Positions 12,931 to 25,994 of a stretch of 64,000 nucleotides of DNA are shown in pieces. Source of the DNA: Camelus ferus (Eukaryota). The position numbers and the translations under genes are program-made. The notes beneath the pieces are model-generated. The model was not told where the DNA came from. It saw nothing but the letters and a program-made list of their open reading frames with translations, and ran no database searches. The DNA is taken from contig NC_045698.1 in the NCBI RefSeq assembly GCF_009834535.1, positions 994,001 through 1,058,000 on the forward strand, read 5' to 3'. Position 1 is the stretch's first letter; every line of letters begins with the position of its first letter.

Positions 12931-13389
12931 TGTTCAAGTTTCATCTTATGGGTGAAAAAAGTTTTCAGGCAAATGTAAATGAGACAAAGGCCAATTTTCT
13001 TTGAAGTAATTCCCTCTGATTCTCAAAATTTACAATTGCTACACTGTTCTTTAGTCTACCAGTAGTGTTTAGAATGTGTTTTCTTCTTTCCTAATACAAC
13101 ATATCCCAGAACCTCATCATTTTGAACTCCCAGTGTATCTCACTTGCATTATTTGTGGGTAAAGAATAAAGAGAGGTAGTTAGTTATTTCCAGAATGTGC
13201 TAGTATATATTTGAGTGCTCTACCTCAGTACTTTTATCTCCCAAGGAGAAAAAAATTCCAGAGAAAATTGGTATAAAATGAGGACTCCCTTACACCTCCG
13301 CAAAGGTGCTGACACACCTACGTTGTTTTCCACCTTTGTTCCCTCTCCTTCCTTTCTTTATGGTTCAGAGAAAGAACAGCAGCATGTAT

Positions 13390-14460
13390 TTAAGGCTGAT
13401 GCCGCCCTTCCTCCAGACACCTGTCACTCCTCATATCTGGTACTTCTGACCTTCCTCGGCACAGAAGTCCCGCTCCCCCCTCTGCTGGTGGGGACTTTCC
13501 TGCTCCAGTCTTGCAAGTCAAGCCCTACACACTTTTAAGACTATGTCTAAGGGTCCATTTGCCTATTGAAGCTTTTGGAACCCCCCTGTACAGGCCTGGG
13601 TTGTGGCCACTATGCTCTTTTTTTGCTTGCACACCTTCACTCATCCATCTCCCTTCATCCAACTGGGGCTTCCTTTGGGCAAGAACCACTTGTTTCCTCT
13701 GACCTCGGTGCCTCATAAAACATCTGATGTTGACTAGCGACTACATTAGTTACTAGATGTCTGGGGAATGTGAATCAGTCCCTGAGCACTTCTGTACATC
13801 GACATTCTTTTCCTGGTGTGTGATGGAGCCCAGGACAGGGCGTGGAAGGGAACGGAGGACCAGAAGGCTCTGTCACAGGAGGACGAGGCGCTGGTGCTTT
13901 TAGGCTGAGGGAGGAGAGGGGGAGTCAGCCAGCCATGCACAGACGCTGTGGGTGAGGCATCCACCCTGCAGACTCATGGCGGGGGCGGGGGGGGGGGTCT
14001 CATCAGGAGCCACTGGCCTGTGTAACCATGGACTAGATGACCTCCAAGTTCCCCATCCAACATGCGAGTTAATCAACCTCCCTAAAATGCTTCCAGCATC
14101 ATTTCACACATTGCTCACAACCCCCCAAAAGCCCACATTGCCTTTCTAATCAAGCCTCAATTTTATAAAGCCTTTCCTTGGGCCAACCTACTGCCATTAC
14201 TTCGTGTCCTGCCCTGGTCTCCTCGGGGCTCCAGCCATGTGCCCTGGCCGTTCCGATTGTGCCCAGGATGCGCCCCAGCTCCCAGCTCAAGCTGCCCCAT
14301 CCATTATGAGCCTTCTCTAGGAAGTCATCCAAGGCTTTACAGGTTTGGGTGTCCAAATCGAAGGCGTGATTTTCGGGCTGTTTAGCTGGGAGAAGACTGT
14401 CTGTGTCCTGAGATGGAAGGAGATGTCTCAAAAGGGTCAAGTTCTCCACCGCTGGAAGTG
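13390..14460. mobile_element. L2 and MIR3-like ancient fragments
   Basis: ggactagatgacctccaagttccc (MIR3-like, ~14030) and pyrimidine-rich L2-like segments (14070-14330). Very diverged. Confidence 0.4.
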
Positions 14461-16021
14461 TCCCAGTAGAGAGCAGAAACCACTTTCCATATGTTGTTGA
14501 GAAGGGGGTGTCCTTCACCTTGTGGAAGCCCCCTACTGCCCACAGCCCGGGCTCCCGTGGTCTCAGCATCTGCTGGGCAGATCCATCAGTCAGGTTCCAT
14601 CCTTGGTGGGTGTCCTTGAACGTTCTTGCTCAAAGGGTATCCCATCTGTATCTCCATCTCAGCCCCTCCCCATTGTCTGACCACACAGCACCTGCTGCTC
14701 CAGTAGACCCTGTGCTGTCTGAGGGAAAGCTGGCTTCTCTCGCCTTCGCAGGTCCACAGCCTACCCCAGAGCAGTGTACAGCGGAGACCCTCAGGAGACC
14801 CCAGCACGGAGGGGAGGGCAGGAGAGCCAGAGGGAGGGAGAGGACAGCAGAGAGCCCCAGGGCCCAGCAGCCCCCGCAGCGCAGCTGGGAGGGAGCGGCT
14901 CCTCCCGGCCCCTCCCTCGCCACGACCTCCTGGAGGAGCAGGCCTTTGGGACAATGACGTGAACCCTCACTCCCTTCTGTATTGCTATCCTGCCAATTCT
15001 AATAAGCTGTACTTTAATTTAAAACAGCAGTTTACAGTGGAATTCATTTACCACAACACAATCCGTTGTGATCACAATGCCATAAATTTATGTTTTAAGT
15101 AATTTTTAATGCTCGTAGCAGCTGGGGCTCTGAAGTGTGGAAATGGCTAACATTTTTCACCTTGTGCAGCCAAGGGAGAAAAGTCTTTGCTCTTTAATTA
15201 CACAATTGACAAAGACCGCTGCAGTGAGCAGAGCAGATATAATTGCAAAATAAGGGATGGTTGGCTAAGGACGTAGCCAAGACGCTAAATGTAAACACAG
15301 AGACACCAGGAGACCTCGGGTGAAGCCTGGAGCAGAAATACGCATCCTCCAAATTAATAAGCGGCTGTAATTTTAAATCAATTGATTGAAAAAGGAAGCA
15401 TTATTAGGAAGAGGGGCCTAGAGACGGAGTGGAAAGAGTGCCCTCTGCCCACAGAGAGCTGGGTCCAAAGGGCGGTTAGAGGCTTGTTCACTTCTGTTCG
15501 TAGACAAGGACGTGCTCACACGCCCTGCGCTTGGGCAAGCACGGGATGCACCAGCATCCAGCAGTGCAGGCGACACGCGGGACAGTCCTGAGCGCTGATG
15601 GGGAGGGTCACCTGTGTCCGCACATCTGTCCCCAGACCCCCCTGCAGTGACAGGAAGGGTCGCCTTTGTCCTTTACCCGTCCCAAGGCCTCCTGGAGAAT
15701 CGTGCTAAGATAAATTTACATACATCTCTGTACCCCACCCCACCCCCTGCACACTGACACACCCTTTAAGGGCTTCAGAATCAGGAGAAGGAAATAAGGA
15801 GCTTAAAACTCCCCACTGATGACCCCGGTGAGCTCTGCACATCCTCTCAGTCTCTGTCTGTCCCCTCCCCCCGGCCCGGGCCCCCTTCCGGACCACGTGC
15901 AGCTGGCTGGGTCTTCCACCCGAAGCACCAGGCTGAGTTCTCACTGCACTCCCCCCATGGGACTAGGTCCAGTACGTCCTGCTGGGTGAGGGCACCCCTC
16001 TGTCCTGGGATTCAGACAGAC

Positions 16022-16292
16022 CCCACCATCCAGTAGAGACATAACATGAGCCACACGTGCGATTTTAATGAGAAGAAATGAGAAATTCTCTTAAAGAATA
16101 TTTTTTTAACCTAGTGTATCCAAAACAGGATCATCCACACGTACTTAGCAGACAGTTACTACTGAGCAGTTTTACAGCCTAAATTTTTTCTGCATGAGGC
16201 CTCTGGGACCCGGGGTCTTTCGCTTCAGACTGAGCACATGTCACGTGCTTCCAGGCTATGTGTTGATGGTGTGGTTCCAGGGCTGGACCTGC
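16022..16292 (+). mobile_element. MER33-like hAT-Charlie DNA transposon relic
   Basis: tccagtagagacataacatgagccacacgtgcgattttaa ... tttaacctagtgtatccaaaac ... cacatgtcacgtgcttccaggctatgtg ... gctggac follows the MER33 layout as I recall it. Confidence 0.7.
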
Positions 16293-18671
16293 AGATGCTT
16301 CAGAGAAAAGAGCCCGAGTGGGTGAGGTAGACGGTTCCGTCAGTAGACGCCCGTGGCTCTCTTCCGTGTCCCAGACGGGCCGTGGGAGCGTGGAGGGTGT
16401 GAGCCTCAGCAATCTGAGTGGGAGGGTTGCCTGGTCAGGACTGGCTGCTCCTGTCCTGGTGGGGACCCCTCCCCCTATTCTGCACCCCGCGTCCATCTGT
16501 GCCGGGTTCTGATCTACCTCTACCTGGTCTGAGATGGAAGCCACACGGAGGTCCGGGCCCCAGCAGACGACCATGCAAAGCTGGCCTGGCTACTGGCCCC
16601 TTGTAGGAGAGACTCTTGAGTGAGGACCTGAGTGGGTGGTGAGGGCCACGAGTTTGCCCTGCGGATGGGGTGCAGCCGTGCAAACCCTCTCCTTTCTGGC
16701 CTTCCAGGTGTCCCTCAGCTGCCAGGTCCCAATGCCACCTCCATCTCTCGGCCTCTGTTCTTGGGTTGGGGGGGGCCTCCTTCCCTCCTGCAACTTGGGC
16801 CAAGCCCGGGGTCACCCCAACCTCCCTGCCTGACCTGGGCCGCGTGGGCAGACCTCGGAAGCAGTTCCTCCCCAGCTCACTTCCTCCCCACAAGCAAGGC
16901 TTCCCAAAGCTCTGCTTCCTGCCGAAGCCTCAGCTCTGTGCAAAGGCCGTGCTGAGAACTTGCCTTCGCCTTAATATTTAGGTGAAGGAAAGAGAGAACA
17001 CTTGGAGCGCTCCATCCCCTCCCCGTGGGTCCCTGTAGGGTGAGCCTGCTCTCTGCGGTCTGAGCTGGTGAGAGACTCAAAGCTCTTGGCCTGGGCGGCC
17101 CTGAGCAGCTCTGTCTGGTAATGTCCCAGCAACCGTGTCTCCTCTCCTTTGCTCCAAGACAGCGAATCAGAACACTGTTGGAAGAACAAGAGAAGAGGGT
17201 TGAAATAAAACAAACCCAACACACCGTCTCTCGATGGCCCTTCCTCATGCATCATTCAACTAAGATGGAAATTTGTTTTTCTTACTGCTCGATTGTTCAG
17301 TCTGTGCTTTGGAGCAGGGCTTGGCCGGGGTGTGCGGGGCAGCACAAGGGATTGGTGAGATCTTTGCACGCGGTGCTGGAAGCGGGTGCCTCTGCGTACC
17401 CTGGTAACCATGGGGGCAAACGCTGCTAACTCAGCGACAGGCGTGGGTGCTCCATGCATGGCTGGTGTTTTCCTGTCCCCTTGCCTGGTTACTCGAATGG
17501 AATGCCCATTACTTGGCTGGAGGAGGAAGAATGGATGATTTTTAAAGCATCCTTACCTGTAACAGAAGAACACTGTCTGGCACTGGCACCTTGGCTGAAG
17601 GCTGAGGGGCCTGCTCTGTGCTGGTGCCGCCGTTCAGTCCTGCCGCTTGTCATTGATGTATGCGGCGCGACGTGGAGGCTGCGCGAAGACACATGGAGCC
17701 GCTCCCTCTTATCTGCGTCTGCAGGCCGCCCGGAGCAGTCGGCGCGGGTGCGGCCGGCCCGGAGCCGCTCCACGAGGCCAGCCGGTGGAGGGGCAGCGCG
17801 AACCGCAGTCCAGTGCAGCCAGGTTCCACTTAGGAATTCCTCCTGCGGGGCAGGGGCAAAGTGTCTGTAATAATTTTAAGGACATTTCCCAAATGTTTAT
17901 TTAGATAAAAGATGGATAACAGCAGAACTCCCGAACCTGGAGCCTGATAACTAGGTTTTATTAATGACCTGCCAGACACTGGGGCTGGATAATTAAAGCT
18001 TTTCCCCCCAGAGGAAGAGAGTGGACAAATTTATTTGATGGTGGGATAACCAGGGACACTGGTTGGAAACTATTGATACAATCGGAGCTCATTCGACTTG
18101 CTCAGGACAGCCACCCCTATCAGCTAATTTCACCTGTGAATAGTTAATTGTCCTCCGAATGCATATGGGAGGGCCATTAATAAAATTTGACTATGTCATA
18201 GTTTCTCTGTCACCCACATGTGCCTTTTATCTCCGGCATCTCCTTCTTGGTCTTTCTTTCCTTTTTTTTTTTTTTTTAATTCCCTTCCATTCTCTCCTTT
18301 AAAAAAAATGAAGCTCGGGAAGATGGATGTGGGCTGTGAGGGTGTGTGCTGTGCAGACGGTGCGCGGCGGGGCCGGCCTGAACTCGCCCGAGCCCAGAAC
18401 CAGGCCTGCATGGGGACGGGGTGACGTGACAGTGCCCTCTGGACCACGCCCGCGTGCTGCTGGACCAGGACTGACCCCAGGCTCTGGGGCCCTCAACAAT
18501 GGACCTCTCTGTGTCCAGGCTGACCGAGCCCCACAGCCCTGGCCACACAGGTGTCCCAGCCTGGCTAGGGGGCAGGCTGCCTCCAGCGAACCCAAGGAGG
18601 TGCTGGGTGGAGCACTGTCACCAGGGACGCACCTTCACCCGAGGGTTGTGTCCTCACGTGCATGAAGTCCT

Positions 18672-18760
18672 CGGTCATGACCTTGAGTGAGTTATCAATT
18701 TCTCTGACTTTCCATTTTCTCAGCTGTAAAGTGGGGCTGATATCATGTGTTTCCAGTGAG
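18672..18760 (+). mobile_element. MIR SINE core fragment
   Basis: tgaccttgagtgagttatcaatttctctgactttccattttctcagctgtaaagtggggctgata matches the MIR core. Confidence 0.75.
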
Positions 18761-20199
18761 CCTGTGGGCTTTAAAAGAAAGGCTGTAAAAGGCATCTCAA
18801 AAGAACCCCAGAGAAGGGGGCACGGAGGCTATAGGAGGGGGGAAGTGGTGAGAGGTGGGGGGCCTCCTACTCCTTCTCAGCACCCCCACGTCTCTGGCAG
18901 GTGCACGATCGGGAGCAGATGAGCTTCCTCCCTTTGCTCCCTTGGTGATTTCACAGACTCCCACGGAGTGGGGTGAACCCATCTTCACCCACATGTGTGT
19001 TTTCAGGGCTGTGTCTTCCATGACAAAGGCTGTGCTGGGCTTCTGGGGGACGTGTGGGATCTCTGATCTCCCAGCCACGTGGGTTGGCTCGGAGCGCTGG
19101 CCCAGGCGAGGGGGCAGGGGTGCAGGCCCTGTCGTGCCCCCATGTGGGCACATGGCTGTGGGTGTGCGCCTCTGCTCCACATGCTCAGGGGTGTTTGGGG
19201 TGGGAAGGCCTGACAGGCTGGGAGATTCTGGGGCAGCTCCTACATGTGGTCCCTACGGTACGTCAGATGCTTTTCCAGGCACCAGGGATTCAGAGGTAAG
19301 TGCAACAGAGCACAGCTGTTTGGGGGAAGAGACAAAATAAATCACAACAGGGCAGGGCAAAGTATCTGTTAGCTACTACTGTGTAACAAGCCACCCCGAA
19401 TTCAGTGATTCCAAACAACAGCCATTATTGTCTATACACCAGCAAGATGGTGGATATAGGATGTCTTCTGCTCTTGCCCTGGCCCCCTCCCACCAAACAA
19501 CAACAGTTTGGCACCATCCATGGACAGAGTGCCTTTGTGGGAGCTTTGGGATGCTTGTGAAACCCCAGTGGAGCCCAAGATCAAGGGGTGCTGTTTTGAG
19601 AAGGCAGGTCCACACTCAGGTGATGGCTCACCTACTGTGGTCCTGGCTGCAAACCTGCAAACAGTCCCATCCCCCTGCAAACTCAGCTGCAGCTTCATCT
19701 GGCCTTGGTCCCAACACTGGCACCATTCACCAGGGACCTGGGAGAGTCATTCCTGCCCACAGCCAGGGACTGGCCTACAGAACTTGCTCAGAGTGTAAAT
19801 CTTCAAGCAGCCATGTAACTGGCTCCAGCCTCCCAACCATGGGCCAGGGGCGGTCCTGCCCGCCCATTGATGTGCTGGGACACAGACCCATCTGCGCCTC
19901 CGGAGGCAGAGCAGCAGACCTCAGGTCATCTGAACATCCCGAGGCAGCCCCTCTCGGCCACGGTCCAAGAGCAATCCTGCCTGCTTGGTGACACTGACAG
20001 GAGCCCTCCGGGGGCCAGGTGGGAGCCACTCCCATCTGCATACCTGGTAACAGGCTTCTCGTTTGCAGACCCAACTACAGAGATTGAAGTGGACCTTGTC
20101 CCAGCACCAGCCCTGCTGACCAAGGATCTGGAGGCAGTCCTGTTCACCCTGGGGTCAGGCAGGATCCACACCTGCCCAAACCCCTGGGAATAGCCATGC

Positions 20200-21480
20200 A
20201 AGAGGAGACATGACAAATGAGACCACAGAAATATAAAGGATCGTAAGAGACTACTATGAACAATTATATGCCAACAAATCCAATAACCCAGGAAAATGGA
20301 TAAATCGCTAGCGATAGGCAACATACCAAGACTGAATCAAAAAGAAACAGAAAATCCGAATAAATAATGAGCACAGAGACTGAAGCAGTAACCAAAAACC
20401 CCTCAGCCAGGAAAGCCCAGGACCAAATGGCTTCACAGGTGAATTCTACCAAACATTAAAAGAAGAATTAATACCAATCATTCTTAGACTCTTCCAAATA
20501 GTTAAGGAGGAGGGAGCACTTCCAAACTCATTTTACGAGACCAGCATTACCCTCATAACAAAGCCAGAGAAGGACAACATAAGAAAATAAAATTATAGGG
20601 CAATATCCCAGATGAGCATAGATGAAAAATCTTCATCTAAATATTAGCTGACCAAATCCAATAGGACATTAAAAGGATCACACACCATGATGAAGTGGGG
20701 TTTACCACTGGGATGAAGGATTGGTTCAACACACACAAATCAGTCACTGTGTTACATCACATTGACAGAATGAAGGGTAAAAAATCACATGATCATCTCA
20801 ACAGATGCAGAAAAATCATCTGACAAAATTAAAGTTCTTTCACGATAAAAACTGCCAATGTATTCGGTACAGGAAGAATGTACCTCAACATAGTAGAAGC
20901 CATACATGACAAGCCCACAGCTGACATCTGCTCAATAATGAAAAGTTGAGAGCTTTTCCTGTAAGATCAGAAACAAGAAAAGGATGCCCATTCTCACCAC
21001 TTCTGTTTAACAAGTTACCAGGAGTCCTAGCCAGAGCAATTAGGCAAGAAAAAAAATCAGGAAAACTATCAGAAGGGAAGAAGTTAAACTGTCTCTGTTT
21101 GCAGATGATATGACTTTATACATAGAAAACCCTAATGACTCCACCAAAAAAGCTACTAGAATTAATAGATGAATTTAGTACCGTTGCAGGGTGCAAAGTC
21201 AACATGCCAAAAAGCAGTTGTGTTTTTACACACTAACAAAGAACTACCTGAAAAAGAAATCAAGAAACTAATCCCACTTACAATAGTACCAAAATGAGGA
21301 AAATACTTAGAACCAAGCTTAGCCAAGGAGGCGAGAGACCTGCGCCCTGAAAACTACGGGACAGTGGAAGGAATGAGACGCACGAACGGGAAGATGCCCG
21401 GTGCGCACAGCTGCGGGCGTTAATGCCAGTAAAACATCCACACTACACAAGGCAATCCGCAGATTCACCGCAATCCTGTC
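20200..21480 (+). mobile_element. L1 ORF2 fragment (inter-domain and reverse transcriptase region), sense, disrupted
   Basis: ggaccaaatggcttcacaggtgaattctaccaaacatt, caaactcattttacgagaccagcattaccct, tctctgtttgcagatgatatg (L-F-A-D-D-M, the RT catalytic motif, ~21092-21111). Confidence 0.9.
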
Positions 21481-21481
21481 A

Positions 21482-21743
21482 CCCAGCAGAGAAACGCAGG
21501 CCCCCAGCCAACAACCAGCACGAACTCTCCCGGCAGGTGAGTGAACGCCCCGGGCAAGCCTTCAGGTAAGACTACAGCCCCACCTGTGCCTTGTCCACAG
21601 CCTCATGGGGGGCCCCCGGGACAGAGCTGACCAGCTGAGCTGCCCCCAGACCCTGACCCTCAGAAATGACCTGAGGTGAAATGTTTCGTGTTGATTCCAG
21701 CGCCTAAGTTTTGGGTGATTTGCTGTGGCACAGATAACTGACA
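21482..21743 (+). mobile_element. MLT1F-like MaLR LTR 3' half
   Basis: gccttcaggtaagactacagcccc...cagctgagctgcccccagaccctgaccctcagaaa...ctaagttttgggtgatttgctgtggcacagataactgacac. Confidence 0.7.
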
Positions 21744-24700
21744 CTCTCCCACCACGCGTGCCCCACTGTCTGAATCACAGGGCTGCACTTTAGTTTAGCA
21801 TCTTCTGAACTATTCCTCCTGAGTCTGAAGAAAGTTTTTTTAAAGCTCTGTACTAGGGTACAAAAAAGTCAGTGTATTTCGTACAAGATTGTTTTCCCCA
21901 CAAGAGCTGGGGAGCTGGACCCCCAGGAGGCTCCCGCCTTTTCCTGCGGGGCAGCTTGGGGCTGAGGCCAGGTGAGGGCAGGTCCGTGGGCTTCTGCTCC
22001 TTCAGGCGCTCAGGACAGGCAGTGTCCTCAGCCCCGCCTGCACCTGGGGCCGGGAGCCGGGGCCTCACAAGGAGGGGCGTGGGCAGATCGGACGACCTGG
22101 ATGCGGCTTTTTATTCTCATGCCTGGATTTTTCCAGGGCCATCTGAGCCAGGGCTGCCGGGAAACACAGAAGTCCCAGTTCAATTTGAATTTCAATGATA
22201 CAGCAAAGATTCTTTTTTATTGTTGTCGTTTAAGCATATGTGAGCCCCATTTACATCTGGGACTTGCTGTTTGTCTGAAGTCCTGCCCTTTTGCCGGTGC
22301 TCGTGTTTGGTTTCGCTGCCCAGTCAGCCCTCTCAGGATCCCACTTGCGGGTCTGCGGGGTTTCCTCCAAGCTCAGGGTGGCACCGCTGGGGAACCCTGG
22401 CAGCGGGAGGGGCCTCGTCGCAGAGGTGCACGTGCAATCTTTCAGAGCACATGTCTGACATCGCAGAACCACTTTTGAGGAGAACCAGGGTCCCGCCAGA
22501 CGCCCAGGCACAGGAGGTATGGGGGACGGGTCACCTTCCCGGGGCCCGGCCACCTCAGTCCCACTGGGCTGATCTTCCCGCCCTTTGGTGAACATGACCA
22601 CTGGCCGCTGGGCCCAAGAAACAAGCACGGGCTCCCTGAGTCAGCGTTGCCCACACTCACTCTGTGATCCTGACCTGGCCCCTCCCTGCGCTTCCAAGTC
22701 TCATCTGAAAAGGGAGGCGGGTCGGGTGACATTTGGAATCCACGTTTGTTCTACAGCCTTCAGTGCAGGTAGTTTCATCTGGAGTGCTGCTCAGAGAAAC
22801 AGAGATGTACGGTGGGCACCAAGACATGGAATGATTTTATTTCACTGTTATGGATGAAAGAGATTCTGGTTTCAAGTTTTCTTCCTCATTATACTTCCGG
22901 TCCTTGCCGTGGGGAGGACGGTCACTCTGACGCCCGCAGGTGTGTTAGGAGCCATGGGCTGGGGAAATGTGCGGTGTTTTCTCTCTGCTGTGAAGCAGCG
23001 GGCAGCCTTCAGCACCCCCGAGCTGGGCACTCAGTCAGCTCAACGGGACCACTGGACAGTCAGAAATCTGCCCCGTCCCCAGGACAGCGGCCGTCAGACC
23101 GCGGGGCACTGCGGAGGGAACCTGCAGACCTGCCGCCGCGGCCGCAGTCGGGAGGATGCGGTGGAGGAGCTGCAGATCCTGCACTCTGCTCTGAGCCCAG
23201 CGTCCGGGCAGGGCAGCAGAAGGCCGGCCAGCCTGAGCCGCTCCTTCTCACGACTCCTTCGGGGCTCTGAAGTCAGCTGTCAGAGGCTGCCGCGCCTCCT
23301 GCACTGGCTCTGGTCCCCCCAGCCTGCTTGCCCCGTATACACAGGTCACCCTCCTCCCCTACCTGCTGCCCCAGGCAGTCCCTCCGGACCCACAGGAGAG
23401 CACCGCATGGGGGGAGGGGGTTGTGTCCATCCTGAAAAGGCCACGTGTCATTGTGTCAAATGCCAAAGAGCTGCTCGCACCTTCTGCATCCGCGCGACGT
23501 CGGAGGGAACAGCGCCTGGCTGAGCGGCGCTTTCAGGGCTAGAAAGGGGCCCAGCGGTCAGGCACCTGGGCCGGGTCTCTGCGGCCTCGCGGGGAACCAG
23601 GTGGAGGGAGCGGCAGTCAGAGCGGAGGGGACCCGCAGGAGGGGATGTGGTCCCAGGGCAGCCTCAGCCCGCAGCGAGCGAGGCACCAAGGCCTCAGCCC
23701 GTCCACTACGAGGACACGAACCTGCCAACTGTCACAGAGGAGCCTGGAAGCGACCTGGGACCCCACGGTAGAGAGGGCTGCGGCCCCGCCCAGTCCCCTG
23801 CGGCCCCGCCCAGTCCTCCTGCGCCAAGGGCCCAGCGGAGCCAGGCTGCTCCCCGAGGCACAGAAGCTGCGCTGGTCCGAGGGTGGGAAGGCAGCGACAG
23901 TAACTGAGACGCTGCGCGCCTCGGAAGGTCCTGCTCGGCGGGAGTGGGGCCCCGCCCGGCGCACCGCACACAGAGCGGTTTCTGTCATTTCCCCATCGAA
24001 TCTGCACCGCAGTCCCAAGGACGGCGCCCTGCAGCCCTGCACGGGGGACCTGCGGGTTGTGAACGCCCCTGGTCCACCGCGGGGCTCACAGACCGTGTCC
24101 AGGCGGGCGCCACCCCAGAGGCCCTCCCTCCCGGGCGACGGCCGTTGCCAGGCTGCCCGTGTGCTGGAAGCACTTCTGGCAAATACACCTTCAAACAAGG
24201 ACAGAGAAGGGCGCCGGATGGACAGACGGTGACAGTCCCCTGGGCCAGGCCATCGACACACGCGATGCACACGTACACCTCACACAGACACAGTTCACGC
24301 GTGATTCACATGCCGGGGTTGTACACAATCCACACACACGTAACACACACTTTGAACACGCAATTCACAGTGATCCATTCACACACACAGTTCCCACGGC
24401 CTCATACACCCCCGGGGTCCTCCCCGCCCCTGACTCCTGCCCCCTCTGCCGTGCCCCTGAGTCCCCACCCCAACCTCCCAGCCTCACCTGGTGTCTGGAG
24501 GCCTCACAACTCACATCTGCTTTATTGCTCCGATAAAAATCCAGGCTGCTTGGAAATGTCACCGTTTTCCTGGGACTTTTCTATCTCCTGCCCTGACGGC
24601 CACTCTGCACCGCACACATGCACAGTCCGCGTGCACACACCACCCCTGTCCTACTATCCCTGACTGAGGGTCTTCTGGGCACCTGCAGACCAGCCAGCTA

Positions 24701-25994
24701 GTCTGGTCTGCTAGGGCCTGGAAGGGCCACCCCATGGAGTCCCTACCCTGAGGGACACAGGCAGTGGCCTGTGCAAGGGTTGCCTGGCCTCAGCCGGCAT
24801 CTGGACTGAGGAACGGACAGGGATCGGGGCACTGGGGTCTGTCCCCCGACCCCCCGGGCTGGGGCTCTCAGCACCACCCTCAGGACAGAGTCCCCCCTCC
24901 CCACCTGCATCTCTACTGCTCCTGCCTCTGCATCAAGCCATCCACTGCCCTCTCCGTTCACTGTCCCCTTAGCAGGGTCTCCACGGTCCCCTCCCTCCTC
25001 AAGGTGCAGATGACATGGGTCAGTCATGGGCTGGAAGGCCTTCAGTCCTTCCTCATCCCTTGTTTTGTGCGGAGGAACGGGGGCTGCAGCAGCAAGCCTG
25101 TGGATGTGGAGCTGGGGACGGAGGAAGATCAGGTGCAGGGGTGCAGCGGGGCCCAGGGCTTTGGTCGGTGATGAGGGACCGGATCACCCTCCCCGAGCCC
25201 ACGGGCACCTGGGGCTACAGAGGGTCTTGCTGGCACCGAGGCTGGGGCATCCCGGGACCCCTGCTGTGCCGTCCCCAGAGAGGCAGTGAACGCCTGTCCC
25301 CAGACACACCTCCACCTTCTCCTGGAACCTCAGGCTGCCCTGACCAGACATTTCAGCCCCAGGACATCCGGCTCCCAGCTCAACTGGATGGGCACAACTC
25401 ACTTGTGTTCAATAAAGGACAACATGAGATCTCATTAGAGTAACTATGTCAGATTAAATGTGTTTTCGTGAACAAGAGTTGGGCCCCTTTAGGAATGCCT
25501 GCAATTTGCTTTGTCTTGCTGAAAACAATATTTTCCCCAAAGACCCCGGCATGGGCCATTACAAAATGTGATTCATATTGCATAAGCTCCGGGCGCTTGG
25601 CACAAATGTGGACTCAGGCTGCAGTGCAGCATTTGTGCCCTGCTGTGAGCTCGCTGCCTGTAAGTCATGCGAGCCCCAGGGCGCTCGGCCGCCTCGCCCC
25701 CGGTGCACTCCAGCTTCCTGGCTGCAGCAGGGACAGTCTGCCGCCCCCTTTGCCTTGCACAAAGAATGGCCCAACATGCGGCTTCATGCCAGCTCCCCTG
25801 AATCTCACACACCACACCTGTCCTTGTCCAGAGACCGCCGGCTTTGCTTGGGATGATGGCGGGCTCATGCAGGGGAGGGAGACAAGAGAGCAGGGGTGCA
25901 TTCTCAGCATGAGAAGCAAACAAAGGCCTGGCACCCAGGCGTCTAAGGGAAAAACAGACAGCCCGGGAGAGGGACACAAAAAAGACGCACAGGG

